Shown piece by piece: positions 10,472-19,694 of a stretch of DNA of 64,000 bases. The notes under the pieces were generated by a model. The model searched no databases. It worked only from the letters and a program-made list of their open reading frames with translations, and was not told the origin of the DNA. Position 1 is the first letter of the stretch. Each line of letters starts with the position of its first letter. A program made the translations under genes and the position numbers. The DNA is from Aquificaceae bacterium. GTDB lineage: Bacteria > Aquificota > Aquificia > Aquificales > Aquificaceae. Location: assembly GCA_041640635.1 (NCBI GenBank), contig JBEPZX010000001.1, forward strand, positions 104,764 to 168,763. The letters run 5' to 3'.

Positions 10472-10478
10472 TTGATTT

Positions 10479-10901
10479 ATGGTTCCTAAGTTATATCTCG
10501 GAGTGGAGTGGATAGGTTTGGAGAGGGTATTGCCTGATTATCAAGTGCCACCTGAGTGTGGTGCCAGTGTTAGCTTTTTGGGCATAGCGCGTAGCGCTCC
10601 GGAGGACGGAGACGTTAAGGAACTCCATTACGAAGCTTTTCCCGAAATGGCGCTAAAGGTTATGCAGGAGATAAGACAGGAGGCTATACAGACGTTCAAC
10701 GTCAAAGAAATATATATACACCACCGATTGGGAGTGGTCAAGGTAGGTGAACCTTCCTTTTTGGTGGTGGTCTTTGGTGGACACAGGGAAGAGACTTTCA
10801 AAGCCTGTAGATACGTTGTAGATGAGGTAAAAAAGAGAGTTCCTATTTGGAAAAAAGAGGTCTTCTCCGATGGAAAGGGAGAGTGGGTCCTTGGTGGATA
10901 A
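10479..10901 (+). CDS. moaE: Molybdopterin synthase catalytic subunit
   Basis: [28 protein letters not shown]. Confidence 0.95.
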   Translation: MVPKLYLGVEWIGLERVLPDYQVPPECGASVSFLGIARSAPEDGDVKELHYEAFPEMALKVMQEIRQEAIQTFNVKEIYIHHRLGVVKVGEPSFLVVVFGGHREETFKACRYVVDEVKKRVPIWKKEVFSDGKGEWVLGG

Positions 10902-11880
10902 ACTCTACAGACCCTTAAAAGATCTGAGAATTTCGGTAACGGATAGGTGTAACTTTAGGTGTAACTTCTGTATGCCTGCGGGAGAACCTGTTGAGTTCTA
11001 CCCAAGAAATGAGATACTGAGCTTTGAGGAAATTCTGAAAGTAGTGAAAGCTTGTATGGAGCTGGGAGTAAAAAAGGTAAAAATAACAGGCGGTGAGCCT
11101 CTGCTCAGAAGGGACGTGCATAAACTCATAGGAATGATAAAAAACATAGGTATGGACAATATTACACTCACAACAAACGGGTTTTTACTCAGAGAAAGGA
11201 CTCATAAGCTAAAAGAATCGGGACTGAAGAGGGTTACCGTAAGCGTGCATTCTTTAAGGGATGACGTTTTTTCAAAGATTGTTGGCAAAAGGGTTTACGT
11301 GAAAGATATTTTAGCGGGAATAGATGCTGCCATTGATGTAGGATTAACACCTGTAAAGGTAAACGTGTGTGTAATTAAGGGTGTGAACGACTTGGAAATA
11401 CTGGATATAGCTAAGTTTTTTAAAGAAAAGGGCTGTGTTGTGAGGTTTATAGAGTTTATGGATGTGGGCACGCTTAATGGCTGGTCCTTGGACAGAGTGG
11501 TAAGTTACGATGATATTTTGAGTATACTTTCTAAAAGCTTCAAGTTTAAACCTCTGGGGAAGGACTATACGGAAACTTCTTTTAAGTTCACCTATGAGGA
11601 TGATGGATTGGAGTTTCACGTAATACCTTCTGTGACAAGACCTTTTTGCACTGACTGTAGCAGGCTCAGACTCACAGCGGATGGTCACCTTTACACATGC
11701 CTCTTTGCAAGCTATGGATGGAACGTAAAGGAGCTAATAAGAAAAAGAGCAAGCACAGAAGATATAAAAAACTTCATAATCAACGTATGGGCACAGAGAC
11801 AAGACAAATACTCTCAGGAGAGATTGGAAAAACTAGACTTAAAGAGTAAAAAAGTGGAGATGTTTAAGCTTGGTGGTTAA
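10870..11880 (+). CDS. moaA: GTP 3',8-cyclase
   Basis: [31 protein letters not shown]...CLF, C-terminal GG. Confidence 0.96.
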   Translation: MERESGSLVDKLYRPLKDLRISVTDRCNFRCNFCMPAGEPVEFYPRNEILSFEEILKVVKACMELGVKKVKITGGEPLLRRDVHKLIGMIKNIGMDNITLTTNGFLLRERTHKLKESGLKRVTVSVHSLRDDVFSKIVGKRVYVKDILAGIDAAIDVGLTPVKVNVCVIKGVNDLEILDIAKFFKEKGCVVRFIEFMDVGTLNGWSLDRVVSYDDILSILSKSFKFKPLGKDYTETSFKFTYEDDGLEFHVIPSVTRPFCTDCSRLRLTADGHLYTCLFASYGWNVKELIRKRASTEDIKNFIINVWAQRQDKYSQERLEKLDLKSKKVEMFKLGG

Positions 11881-11916
11881 GTTAATTTGTAGAAATCCTA
11901 TACAGGAGGTGTGGAC

Positions 11917-12756
11917 ATGTTAAAGCTACTTGCCTTTTTACTTTTTGGCTTCTTATCTTTGCAAGCTTTTGCGGAGCAACGTCTTTTAATCTTTGCCGGT
12001 GCTGCCAGTAAGCCACCTCTGGAAGAAGCTGCTAAACTTTTCGAAAAGAAAACAGGTGTCAAAGTGGACATAACCTTTGGTGGCTCAGGTTACGTTCTAT
12101 CCCAGATGATCCTAAGCAAAAAGGGAGACCTATACTTTCCAGGTTCATCAGACTATATGGAAGTAGCCAAAAGGCAAGGAGTAGTATATCCAGAAACAGA
12201 AAGGTATGTGGTGTATCTTGCACCAACAATCAACGTGCAAAAGGGAAACCCAAAGAACATAAAAACGCTAAAAGACCTTACAAGACCTGGTATAAGAGTC
12301 GCCATCGCCAATCCTGAAGGTGTGTGTGTTGGAGCTTACGCTGTGGAGATAATCGAAAGGCACTTTACACCGGAAGAAAAGGAGCGCTTCAGAAAGAATT
12401 TAGTCAACTACACCGAAAGCTGCGAAAAAACGGCAACGGTGGTATCCCTAAAAGCGGTAGATGCTGTCATAGGGTGGCATGTATTCGAGTCCTGGGATCC
12501 GCAAAACATAGAGAACGTCCCATTGAAAAAATCGGAAATCATTCGTGTGGGTTACATACCCATAGCTGTGTCTAAGTTCACAACCAACAGAGAACTGGCG
12601 CAAAGGTTTATAAACTTTTTGCTATCTAAGGAAGGTCAAGACATTTTCAAAAAGTATCAGTACTTTGCAACTCCAGAGGAAGCTTTTGCTTGGATAGGTG
12701 AGAAAAAACCAGTAGGTGGTGAGTATGTAGTGCCAGCGGACTGGATTAAGAGATGA
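11917..12756 (+). CDS. modA: Molybdate/tungstate ABC transporter substrate-binding protein
   Basis: Signal peptide, FAGAAS, FGGSG, AIANP; AGGAGGT RBS before ATG 11917; follows moaA. Confidence 0.85.
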   Translation: MLKLLAFLLFGFLSLQAFAEQRLLIFAGAASKPPLEEAAKLFEKKTGVKVDITFGGSGYVLSQMILSKKGDLYFPGSSDYMEVAKRQGVVYPETERYVVYLAPTINVQKGNPKNIKTLKDLTRPGIRVAIANPEGVCVGAYAVEIIERHFTPEEKERFRKNLVNYTESCEKTATVVSLKAVDAVIGWHVFESWDPQNIENVPLKKSEIIRVGYIPIAVSKFTTNRELAQRFINFLLSKEGQDIFKKYQYFATPEEAFAWIGEKKPVGGEYVVPADWIKR

Positions 12757-13532
12757 GCTTTAAAGCTCTTTGTATAGCTTTTGCTTTTTCCATTTTTTTG
12801 TTCTATGTGGGACTGACTTTGTCCCTTTTTTACTTTTTCGAAGGTGAGACATTTCTTGAAACCCTTCTTTCAGAGAGAACCTTGTTTTCCATAAAGATAA
12901 GTCTTTTGGCGGCTACTGTTGCCACCATCACCTCTGTTATCCTTGCCTTACCTGCCGCTTACGCTCTTTCGAGGTTTGAGTTTAAAGGTAAATACATTGT
13001 GGATACTATACTGGAACTTCCCATGGTTGTTTCTCCATCCGCTATAGGTGCCATGCTTCTCATATTTTTCAGTAACCCTTTGGGGTCTTGGATTCAGGAA
13101 AATTACATCCAGGTAGTTTTTACCTTTTACGGTATAATCGTTGCACAATTTGTAACTACATTGGGTATTGCTACTAGGTTGATCAAAGCATCCATGGACG
13201 AAATACCCACAAGGTTTGAAAGCGTGGCTCAGTCCTTGGGAGTTTCACCTTTTAAGGTTTTTTTGACTGTCACTTTACCCCTTTCCAAAAAGGGGATAGT
13301 AGCTGCATCCATACTCACGTGGGCAAAGGCTATAGGAGAGTTTGGAGCCACTATCACTTTGGCTGGTTCTATGGCAATGAAGACAGAAACGCTCCCTATA
13401 GCCATCTTTATGAGGCTAGCAACGGCGGATATAGAAGGCACAGTGGCGCTTATTTTGATCCTAATATCCGTGGGACTTTTTACCTTATACGGTGTTAGAT
13501 TACTAACAAAGAAAGACTACACCTATGATTGA
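12753..13532 (+). CDS. modB: Molybdate ABC transporter permease
   Basis: LPMVVSPSAIG, AIGEFGAT, TLPIAI. Confidence 0.88.
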   Translation: MSFKALCIAFAFSIFLFYVGLTLSLFYFFEGETFLETLLSERTLFSIKISLLAATVATITSVILALPAAYALSRFEFKGKYIVDTILELPMVVSPSAIGAMLLIFFSNPLGSWIQENYIQVVFTFYGIIVAQFVTTLGIATRLIKASMDEIPTRFESVAQSLGVSPFKVFLTVTLPLSKKGIVAASILTWAKAIGEFGATITLAGSMAMKTETLPIAIFMRLATADIEGTVALILILISVGLFTLYGVRLLTKKDYTYD

Positions 13533-14613
13533 ACTAAGGGAGATCACCGTAGAAGTCAGAGGTCAACCTTTGATAAAGGACGTGTCTCTGGACATTCAAA
13601 CACCATCCTTTCACTGCCTGATTGGACCTACCGGATGCGGAAAAACTACACTGTTGGAAACAATTGTGGGACTAAGAAAAGTAAAAAAAGGAAAGATACT
13701 TTTGGATGGAAAAGATATAACTCACTTGCCCACATACCTTAGAGGCTTTGCCTATGTGCCCCAAGACGCTGCCCTTTTCCCACATCTCACCGTAGAAGAA
13801 AACATCATGTATGGTATAAGGCACGGATCTGTTTCTGACAAGCAAAGCCGATACAAAGTTGCTATGGAAATTGTAGAGATCTTGGGTATTTCTCACTTGC
13901 TCAAAAGAAAAGCCGTAAACCTTAGCGGAGGTGAACGTCAAAGGGTAGCATTAGCCCGTGCTTTGGCTCCAGGTTATAAATACATACTCTTAGATGAACC
14001 GCTATCCGCACTACATAAAGGAATGAAAAAAGAGCTTTGGTTTTTACTTAAGGATTTACAAAAAAGGTATAACCTTACCTTTTTGATGGTTAGCCATGAC
14101 TTGGAGGAAGCTTTCTTTTTGGCGGATACCATCAGCGTTATGATAGATGGCAGGATACACCAAACGGGTACTAAGGAAAGCATATACAGCAAGCCTAAGA
14201 CAGAAGAAGTGGCACGCTTTTTGGGTATTAAAAACATCTTCAGCGCACAAATAACAAAGGTGGATAGCAATCGGGTTTCTGTTTACTGTCCTGAACTTTC
14301 CCAAACTTTTACCTTGCCTTGTGAAAAAAGCCTTTTGAATAACACTTTTGTGAAAATAGGGATACATCCCGAAAGTGTAAAAGTAGAAAAGGATACTGTT
14401 CAAGAAAACGGAAAAAAGCTGAGTGGAAAAGTAGAAAGGATTTTTGAGAAGGCGTCTTCTTACTTGGTTGTTTTTAGACCTTACAATTCAAGGGTAACAA
14501 TGGAGGTGGAAATTCCCAGTATGGAGTATAAGGAGCTTGGTATTGGCGAGGGTTCCCATGTATCTTTAGTCTTAAAGGAAAGTTCCATTTTCCTGCTTGA
14601 TGGTTCGCAATAA
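13525..14613 (+). CDS. modC: Molybdate ABC transporter ATPase with C-terminal TOBE-like region
   Basis: GPTGCGKT, LSGGERQR, LLDEP; operon context. Confidence 0.82.
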   Translation: MIELREITVEVRGQPLIKDVSLDIQTPSFHCLIGPTGCGKTTLLETIVGLRKVKKGKILLDGKDITHLPTYLRGFAYVPQDAALFPHLTVEENIMYGIRHGSVSDKQSRYKVAMEIVEILGISHLLKRKAVNLSGGERQRVALARALAPGYKYILLDEPLSALHKGMKKELWFLLKDLQKRYNLTFLMVSHDLEEAFFLADTISVMIDGRIHQTGTKESIYSKPKTEEVARFLGIKNIFSAQITKVDSNRVSVYCPELSQTFTLPCEKSLLNNTFVKIGIHPESVKVEKDTVQENGKKLSGKVERIFEKASSYLVVFRPYNSRVTMEVEIPSMEYKELGIGEGSHVSLVLKESSIFLLDGSQ

Positions 14614-14622
14614 AATACACTT

Positions 14623-15555
14623 ATGAACCCTTACAGCCTAATTGTAAAGCTTAGAAACTTTTTATACGATAAAGAAATACTTAAAAGCTTTAAGCTTGAT
14701 ATTCCAGTTATAAGCGTGGGTAACCTGTCTGTAGGTGGAAGCGGTAAGTCCTCTCTGGTTACCTTTTTAGCAAAACACTTTCAAAACTTTTTGCATGTAT
14801 GTGTTCTTTCAAGGGGATACAGAAGAAAGACAAAAGGAACTTTTTTGGTTTCTTACAAAGGTAATATCAAATGCTCTTGGCAAGAAAGCGGAGATGAGCC
14901 CTATATGATGGCTACTCTTTTGAAAAAATCCAGCGTGGTTGTAGATGAGGACAGATACAGGGGAGGCGTTTTCGCTTTTGAAAAACTCGGAGCGGATATC
15001 ATTATACTGGATGATGGATTTCAACACAGAAGACTTAAAAGGGACGTGGATATCGTAGTTTTAAAGCAAAGAGACCTAAAGGATAAACTTTTACCTTTTG
15101 GGAGACTGAGGGAACCGCTTTCTTCTTTAAAACGTGCTCACTGCATTGTTTTGTCATATCAAGACGTTACGCAATGGGATATGCATTTGGGTAAACCTAC
15201 ATTTAAGATGTGGAGGGAAAATTGGAGAGTTTTAGATGCTTTTGGAAATGAAGTAAACCCAAAAGGTATGAAGTTTGTGGCTTTTGCGGGACTTGGGGAC
15301 AATGAACAGTTTTTCCAAACCCTTGAAAAACTCGGTATAGAGCTAATTCAAAAAATAAGCCTTCCAGACCATTACGACTACCAAAACTTTACCCTTTCAC
15401 CTGGAAAAAACTACATCACCACGCTTAAGGACTTTATTAAACTTCCCCGTAAAGAAAATCTCTTTTACTTAGACTTCGATGTAAAGGTAGAAGGCTTGAT
15501 GGATTTCATCGAAAGCAAACTAAGATACACAAGAAACAATTTCAAGACTCTCTAA
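14623..15555 (+). CDS. lpxK: Tetraacyldisaccharide 4'-kinase
   Basis: SVGNLSVGGSGKS, SRGY, GDEP, LDDGFQH, PFGRLRE. Confidence 0.96.
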   Translation: MNPYSLIVKLRNFLYDKEILKSFKLDIPVISVGNLSVGGSGKSSLVTFLAKHFQNFLHVCVLSRGYRRKTKGTFLVSYKGNIKCSWQESGDEPYMMATLLKKSSVVVDEDRYRGGVFAFEKLGADIIILDDGFQHRRLKRDVDIVVLKQRDLKDKLLPFGRLREPLSSLKRAHCIVLSYQDVTQWDMHLGKPTFKMWRENWRVLDAFGNEVNPKGMKFVAFAGLGDNEQFFQTLEKLGIELIQKISLPDHYDYQNFTLSPGKNYITTLKDFIKLPRKENLFYLDFDVKVEGLMDFIESKLRYTRNNFKTL

Positions 15556-16773
15556 ACGCACATTAACCACCTTCCCAGGTTTTTCGTCAATGGATAAGTT
15601 AAGCTGTATGTAGTTCTCCGTTAATACTTTATCTTCTGTTAACACGGTGGCTCTCAGCGTTTGATTTAGGTTCTTTTCGTAAAACTCTTCCCTTTTCCTT
15701 TTGTCTAGTTCTTTTAGTATATGAACACGTTGCTTTTTCACCTTTTCTGGAACCTTTGGATTTAGCTTGCTTGCTTTTGTGTTTGGTCTATCTGAGTATG
15801 GGAAAATGTGCAAGTAACCTAAAGGTAAGTCCTTTATTAAGTTGTAAGTTTGTTCAAAGTCTTCTTGGCTTTCCGTAGGGAAGCCTACTATTACGTCTGT
15901 GCCTATATTGGCTAATGGTCTTTTGCTTAGTATTTTGTCAATTAAGGATACGTAATCCTTTACCGTGTATCTTCTATCCATCAATTTTAAAATCCTGTCT
16001 GAACCACTTTGTAGGGATAAATGGAAGTGGGGAGCTATTTTTTCTTCAGATACAATAAGCTCCAAAAGGTTTGCATCTATTTCCGAAGGATAAAGGGATG
16101 AAAGCCTTATAAGTTTTAGCCCTTCTATCTTGACAAGCTCTTTAAGTAAGTTATAAAGACTTGTGTTTATATCCCATCCATACTGTGTAAGCTGTGTCCC
16201 GCTTAAAACGATTTCTTCAAACCCCAAGGAAGCTAAGGCTTTTGCTTCTTCCACAACTTTTTCCATAGGAACGCTTCTACACTTTCCCCTCGCGAAAGGA
16301 ATAACACAGAAGGTGCAAAACTTATTGCAACCTTCCTGCACCTTTAGGAAAGGTCTCGATTTTTCAAAGTAAGTTACCAAATCAAATTCCACGTTTGGCA
16401 TTCTGAATACTTCACCCACGTATACTTTACCCGTTTTTCTTTCCATGTATTCTTCGAGTATCTGGATTATTTGGTGTTTGTGAGTGTTCCCTATCACCAA
16501 ATCTGCCGTATGGGCTAGTTGGTTGGGATTTGTTTGTGCATAACAGCCTGTGGCTACAACGATGGCGTTTTTATTTCTTCTTTTTGCTTGGTATATGGCT
16601 TGTCGTGAAGACCTATCAGCTCCATGGGTAACTGTGCAGGTGTTTATTATATAAACATCTGCCACATCTTCAAACTCTACCAACTTGTAACCTTTTTCCA
16701 TAAACTTTTGCGCCATCAATTGGGTATCAAAGACGTTGCTCCTGCAACCTAAGGTAAAAAAGGACACTTTCAT
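15520..16773 (-). CDS. mtaB: tRNA t6A37 methylthiotransferase
   Basis: TLGCRSN, INTCTVT, TGCYAQ, KVQEGCNKFCTFC, HIFPYSDRPNT. Confidence 0.9.
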   Translation of the reverse strand: MKVSFFTLGCRSNVFDTQLMAQKFMEKGYKLVEFEDVADVYIINTCTVTHGADRSSRQAIYQAKRRNKNAIVVATGCYAQTNPNQLAHTADLVIGNTHKHQIIQILEEYMERKTGKVYVGEVFRMPNVEFDLVTYFEKSRPFLKVQEGCNKFCTFCVIPFARGKCRSVPMEKVVEEAKALASLGFEEIVLSGTQLTQYGWDINTSLYNLLKELVKIEGLKLIRLSSLYPSEIDANLLELIVSEEKIAPHFHLSLQSGSDRILKLMDRRYTVKDYVSLIDKILSKRPLANIGTDVIVGFPTESQEDFEQTYNLIKDLPLGYLHIFPYSDRPNTKASKLNPKVPEKVKKQRVHILKELDKRKREEFYEKNLNQTLRATVLTEDKVLTENYIQLNLSIDEKPGKVVNVRLESLEIVSCVS

Positions 16774-16798
16774 GGAATTACAAAATATAATTAAAAGT

Positions 16799-17629
16799 AT
16801 GGAATTTGCAAAGCTTCAAGGCTCGGGCAACGATTTTATAGTTATAGACAACAGGGATGCAAAGGTGGAAAGGTTCTTGGAAAAAAAAGGTATTAGCATT
16901 AAGGATTTTGTAGTGAAGCTCTGCGCTTTTCATACAGGTATAGGAGCCGATGGATTGATTCTTATAGAGAATCCAGAAAATACCGAAAATCATTTTAAGT
17001 GGCGTTTCTTTAATTCGGACGGCTCGGTTGCCGAAATGTGTGGCAATGGCTCTCGGTGTGCTGTAAGGTTTGCTTACCAAATGGGTATATGTCCAGAGGA
17101 AGCAAGGTTTGAAACATTGGCTGGGGTTATTAAGGCTACCGTAAAGGAAGGAGGGAAGCGTGTAAAGGTTAAGCTCACTAAACCTCATGGACAAAGAGAG
17201 TTGAGTTTAGAAGTAGACGGTAATGTATTTAATGGGTTCTTTTTAAACACAGGTGTTCCACACTTTGTGAGTGTAGTTGAAGATTTGGAAAGCTTAGATG
17301 TGGTTAAGTACGGAAGAGCTATAAGATTTCACAAGGCTTTTGAACCTAAAGGTAGTAACGTAAACTTTATAAAAGTTGAGGACGAAAAATCTGTAAAAAT
17401 TAGGACTTACGAGAGGGGAGTAGAGAGCGAAACATTGGCTTGTGGAACTGGAGCCACAGCATCCGCTATAGTTGCTTTCTTAGCTGGACTTGTAAAACAA
17501 AAACCTGTGCAAGTTAAAACAAAAGGTGGAGAGGTGTTAAGTATAGACTTTGATGAGAGCTTAGAAGAGGTTTACTTGGAAGGTGATGTGTATTGGGTTT
17601 TTGATGGATACTTGAGAGAAATTGTATGA
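16799..17629 (+). CDS. dapF: Diaminopimelate epimerase
   Basis: GSGNDF, GIGADG, EMCGNG, ERGVESETLACGTG; start placed at ATG 16799. Confidence 0.96.
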   Translation: MEFAKLQGSGNDFIVIDNRDAKVERFLEKKGISIKDFVVKLCAFHTGIGADGLILIENPENTENHFKWRFFNSDGSVAEMCGNGSRCAVRFAYQMGICPEEARFETLAGVIKATVKEGGKRVKVKLTKPHGQRELSLEVDGNVFNGFFLNTGVPHFVSVVEDLESLDVVKYGRAIRFHKAFEPKGSNVNFIKVEDEKSVKIRTYERGVESETLACGTGATASAIVAFLAGLVKQKPVQVKTKGGEVLSIDFDESLEEVYLEGDVYWVFDGYLREIV

Positions 17630-18030
17630 GAATTTTGTTTTTGTGTACTGGAAACTCTGCAAGAAGTCAGATGGCTGAGGCTTTGACAAAGCAGATGGCT
17701 AAAGAGCGTCAACTTGAACTTGAAGTTTGGTCCGCCGGTTCTAAACCAGCGGGTTACGTGCACCCTTTAGCTATACAGGCGATGAAAGAGCTGGGAATAG
17801 ACATATCCCATTACAGATCCAAAGGTTTGGACCAAGTGTCTCAGGATGTGGACTTGGTAATTACCTTATGTGATTCGGCAGCCCAAGAGTGTCCCTACAT
17901 ACCAGGTGCAAAAACAGTTCACATAGGCTTTCCAGATCCTGCTGAAGAAAACACCCTTGAAGCCTTCAGAAAAGTAAGGGACCAGATAAAGCAAACCCTT
18001 GAGAATTTGATGGATAGCCTTTTGAGATGA
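17626..18030 (+). CDS. arsC: Arsenate reductase, thioredoxin-coupled (LMW-PTP fold)
   Basis: CTGNSARSQMAE, plus the CDSAAQECP redox Cys pair and a DPA motif. Confidence 0.85.
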   Translation: MRILFLCTGNSARSQMAEALTKQMAKERQLELEVWSAGSKPAGYVHPLAIQAMKELGIDISHYRSKGLDQVSQDVDLVITLCDSAAQECPYIPGAKTVHIGFPDPAEENTLEAFRKVRDQIKQTLENLMDSLLR

Positions 18031-18236
18031 AAGGTAAAGACTTTTTTGCTTTGAATGTAGGCTTAAATATTGTAGGAGGTGTGGTCGCTGGGATTTTGGT
18101 AGGTTTTGCCTTCGATCTTTGGCTTATGGAAGGTCTTTTTAGGATAAAAACCTTTCCCTTTGGTATGCTTTTCTTCTTTGTCATAGGTATAATCTCAGGC
18201 TTTAGAAACGCTTACAGGGACCTAAAGAAATTATGA
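18027..18236 (+). CDS. AtpZ/AtpI family small membrane protein
   Basis: Two TM helices; G..VG...D...T.P.G...F...G...GF.N pattern. Confidence 0.75.
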   Translation: MKGKDFFALNVGLNIVGGVVAGILVGFAFDLWLMEGLFRIKTFPFGMLFFFVIGIISGFRNAYRDLKKL

Positions 18237-18862
18237 GTGTGGATATTCAAAGCAAGGTTCAAGAGATTATAAAAAGGTTGGAACAGGTGTATCCAAACAA
18301 AATAGAACTGGAGTTTTCTACAGACTTTGAGCTTTTGATAGCTATCATTTTGTCAGCGCAAACAACGGACAAAAAAACCAACCAGGTGACAAAGAAGCTC
18401 TTTAGTGTGTATAAAACACCTCAGGACTTTGCCAATGCTTCCCTTGAGGCAATTCGAGAACTTATAAAGAGTATAAACTACTCTCGCAGAAAATCCCAGT
18501 TCATAAAAGAAGTAAGCAAAAAAATAGTGGAACTTGGATATATTCCAAAAAGCATAGACAAACTTGTAGAGTTTCCCGGTATTGGAAGAAAGTCAGCTGC
18601 TATGTTTTTATACAACGCATACAGAATCAACGAAGGTATAGCTGTAGACACACACGTAAAAAGGGTTGCCAATAGACTAGGACTTTCCAAATCAGAAACA
18701 CCTCAGGCTATAGAAGAGGATTTGATGAAAATTACACCTCAGCAAGATTGGGGAAAGCTATCCAACCTGTTAATCTTACACGGTCGTTATACATGCACAG
18801 CTAATAAACCCAAGTGTAATGTGTGCCTTTTGAGGGATATGTGCCCATACTATGGTGCTTAA
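18233..18862 (+). CDS. nth: Endonuclease III
   Basis: LSAQTTD, PGIGRKSA, VDTHV, C-x6-C-x2-C-x5-C Fe-S motif. Confidence 0.94.
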   Translation: MSVDIQSKVQEIIKRLEQVYPNKIELEFSTDFELLIAIILSAQTTDKKTNQVTKKLFSVYKTPQDFANASLEAIRELIKSINYSRRKSQFIKEVSKKIVELGYIPKSIDKLVEFPGIGRKSAAMFLYNAYRINEGIAVDTHVKRVANRLGLSKSETPQAIEEDLMKITPQQDWGKLSNLLILHGRYTCTANKPKCNVCLLRDMCPYYGA

Positions 18863-19601
18863 AAAGTGGTACGGTCAGCACCTTCTACTTTCAAAAGGTG
18901 TAATATCCAAAATAGCCCAAGAAGCATATTTCACACCGGAAGATATCGTTGTAGAGATAGGTCCGGGAACGGGAAATTTAACGGAGGAAATTTTGAAATA
19001 CCCTATAAAGCAGCTTCATCTGATAGAAATAGACAAGGACATGGTAGAGGTTCTCAATAAAAACATAAAGGATGATAGAGTTTTTATTTACAATCAGGAT
19101 GCAACCAAGTTTAATTTATGTAGCATAGGAAAACAGATAAAGGTTGTGGGTAATCTACCTTACAACGTAGCAAGCTTGATAATAGAAAATGTAATCTTTC
19201 ATAAGGAATGTGTGATAGTGGCTTTGTTTATGGTTCAAAAAGAAGTAGCTCAAAAGATCCAGAAAGGTCCTTCCTGGCTTTCCACCTTTGTCAGAACCTT
19301 TTACAGCGTAGACTACATTATGAGCGTGCCAGCCAAGTTTTTTGTTCCTCCACCGAAGGTTCAATCAGCTCTAATAAAGCTTTCACGTCTTACACAAGCA
19401 CCCAACTTTGACCTAAAAGCCTACAAAAGCTTTCTTACAAGGATTTACGCCAACAAAAGGAAAGCACTGAAAAACAAAGTGGATATTGAGATACTCAAGC
19501 GTTTAAACATAGATCCTATGCAAAGGGTTGACCAACTATCCTTGGATCAAGTTAAGGACTTATTTTTGGAACATGGGAAAACATTTAAGGCGGAAGTATA
19601 A
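18852..19601 (+). CDS. rsmA: 16S rRNA m6,2A dimethyltransferase
   Basis: GQH, EIGPGTG, NLPYN, QKEVA, FVPPPKVQS. Confidence 0.96.
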   Translation: MVLKKWYGQHLLLSKGVISKIAQEAYFTPEDIVVEIGPGTGNLTEEILKYPIKQLHLIEIDKDMVEVLNKNIKDDRVFIYNQDATKFNLCSIGKQIKVVGNLPYNVASLIIENVIFHKECVIVALFMVQKEVAQKIQKGPSWLSTFVRTFYSVDYIMSVPAKFFVPPPKVQSALIKLSRLTQAPNFDLKAYKSFLTRIYANKRKALKNKVDIEILKRLNIDPMQRVDQLSLDQVKDLFLEHGKTFKAEV

Positions 19602-19618
19602 ACCAGTTTGCCGCTGGC

Positions 19619-19656
19619 TTAACCAATTTTTAACTAATACTTAACTTCTTTTTAAC
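19619..19656 (+). promoter_or_regulatory. Pho-box-like array: 4 x TTAAC direct repeats, 11-bp period
   Basis: TTAAC at 19619, 19630, 19641 and 19652, followed by TAGATT (-10-like, 19667) and AGGAGG upstream of phoX. Confidence 0.75.
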
Positions 19657-19694
19657 ACTTAAAGCTTAGATTTTCATTTCAGGAGGGTGACCAA

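Noticed and set aside
15520..16773. Methylthiotransferase as the methionaquinone methylthiolase
   Set aside because: Its motifs fit the ordinary tRNA-modifying MtaB subfamily, and nothing in the context links it to quinones.
16736..16798. N-terminal extension of dapF overlapping mtaB head-to-head
   Set aside because: DapF homology starts at MEFAKLQG (16799), which has a -10 hexamer 7 nt upstream. The TTG start is an ORF-caller artefact.
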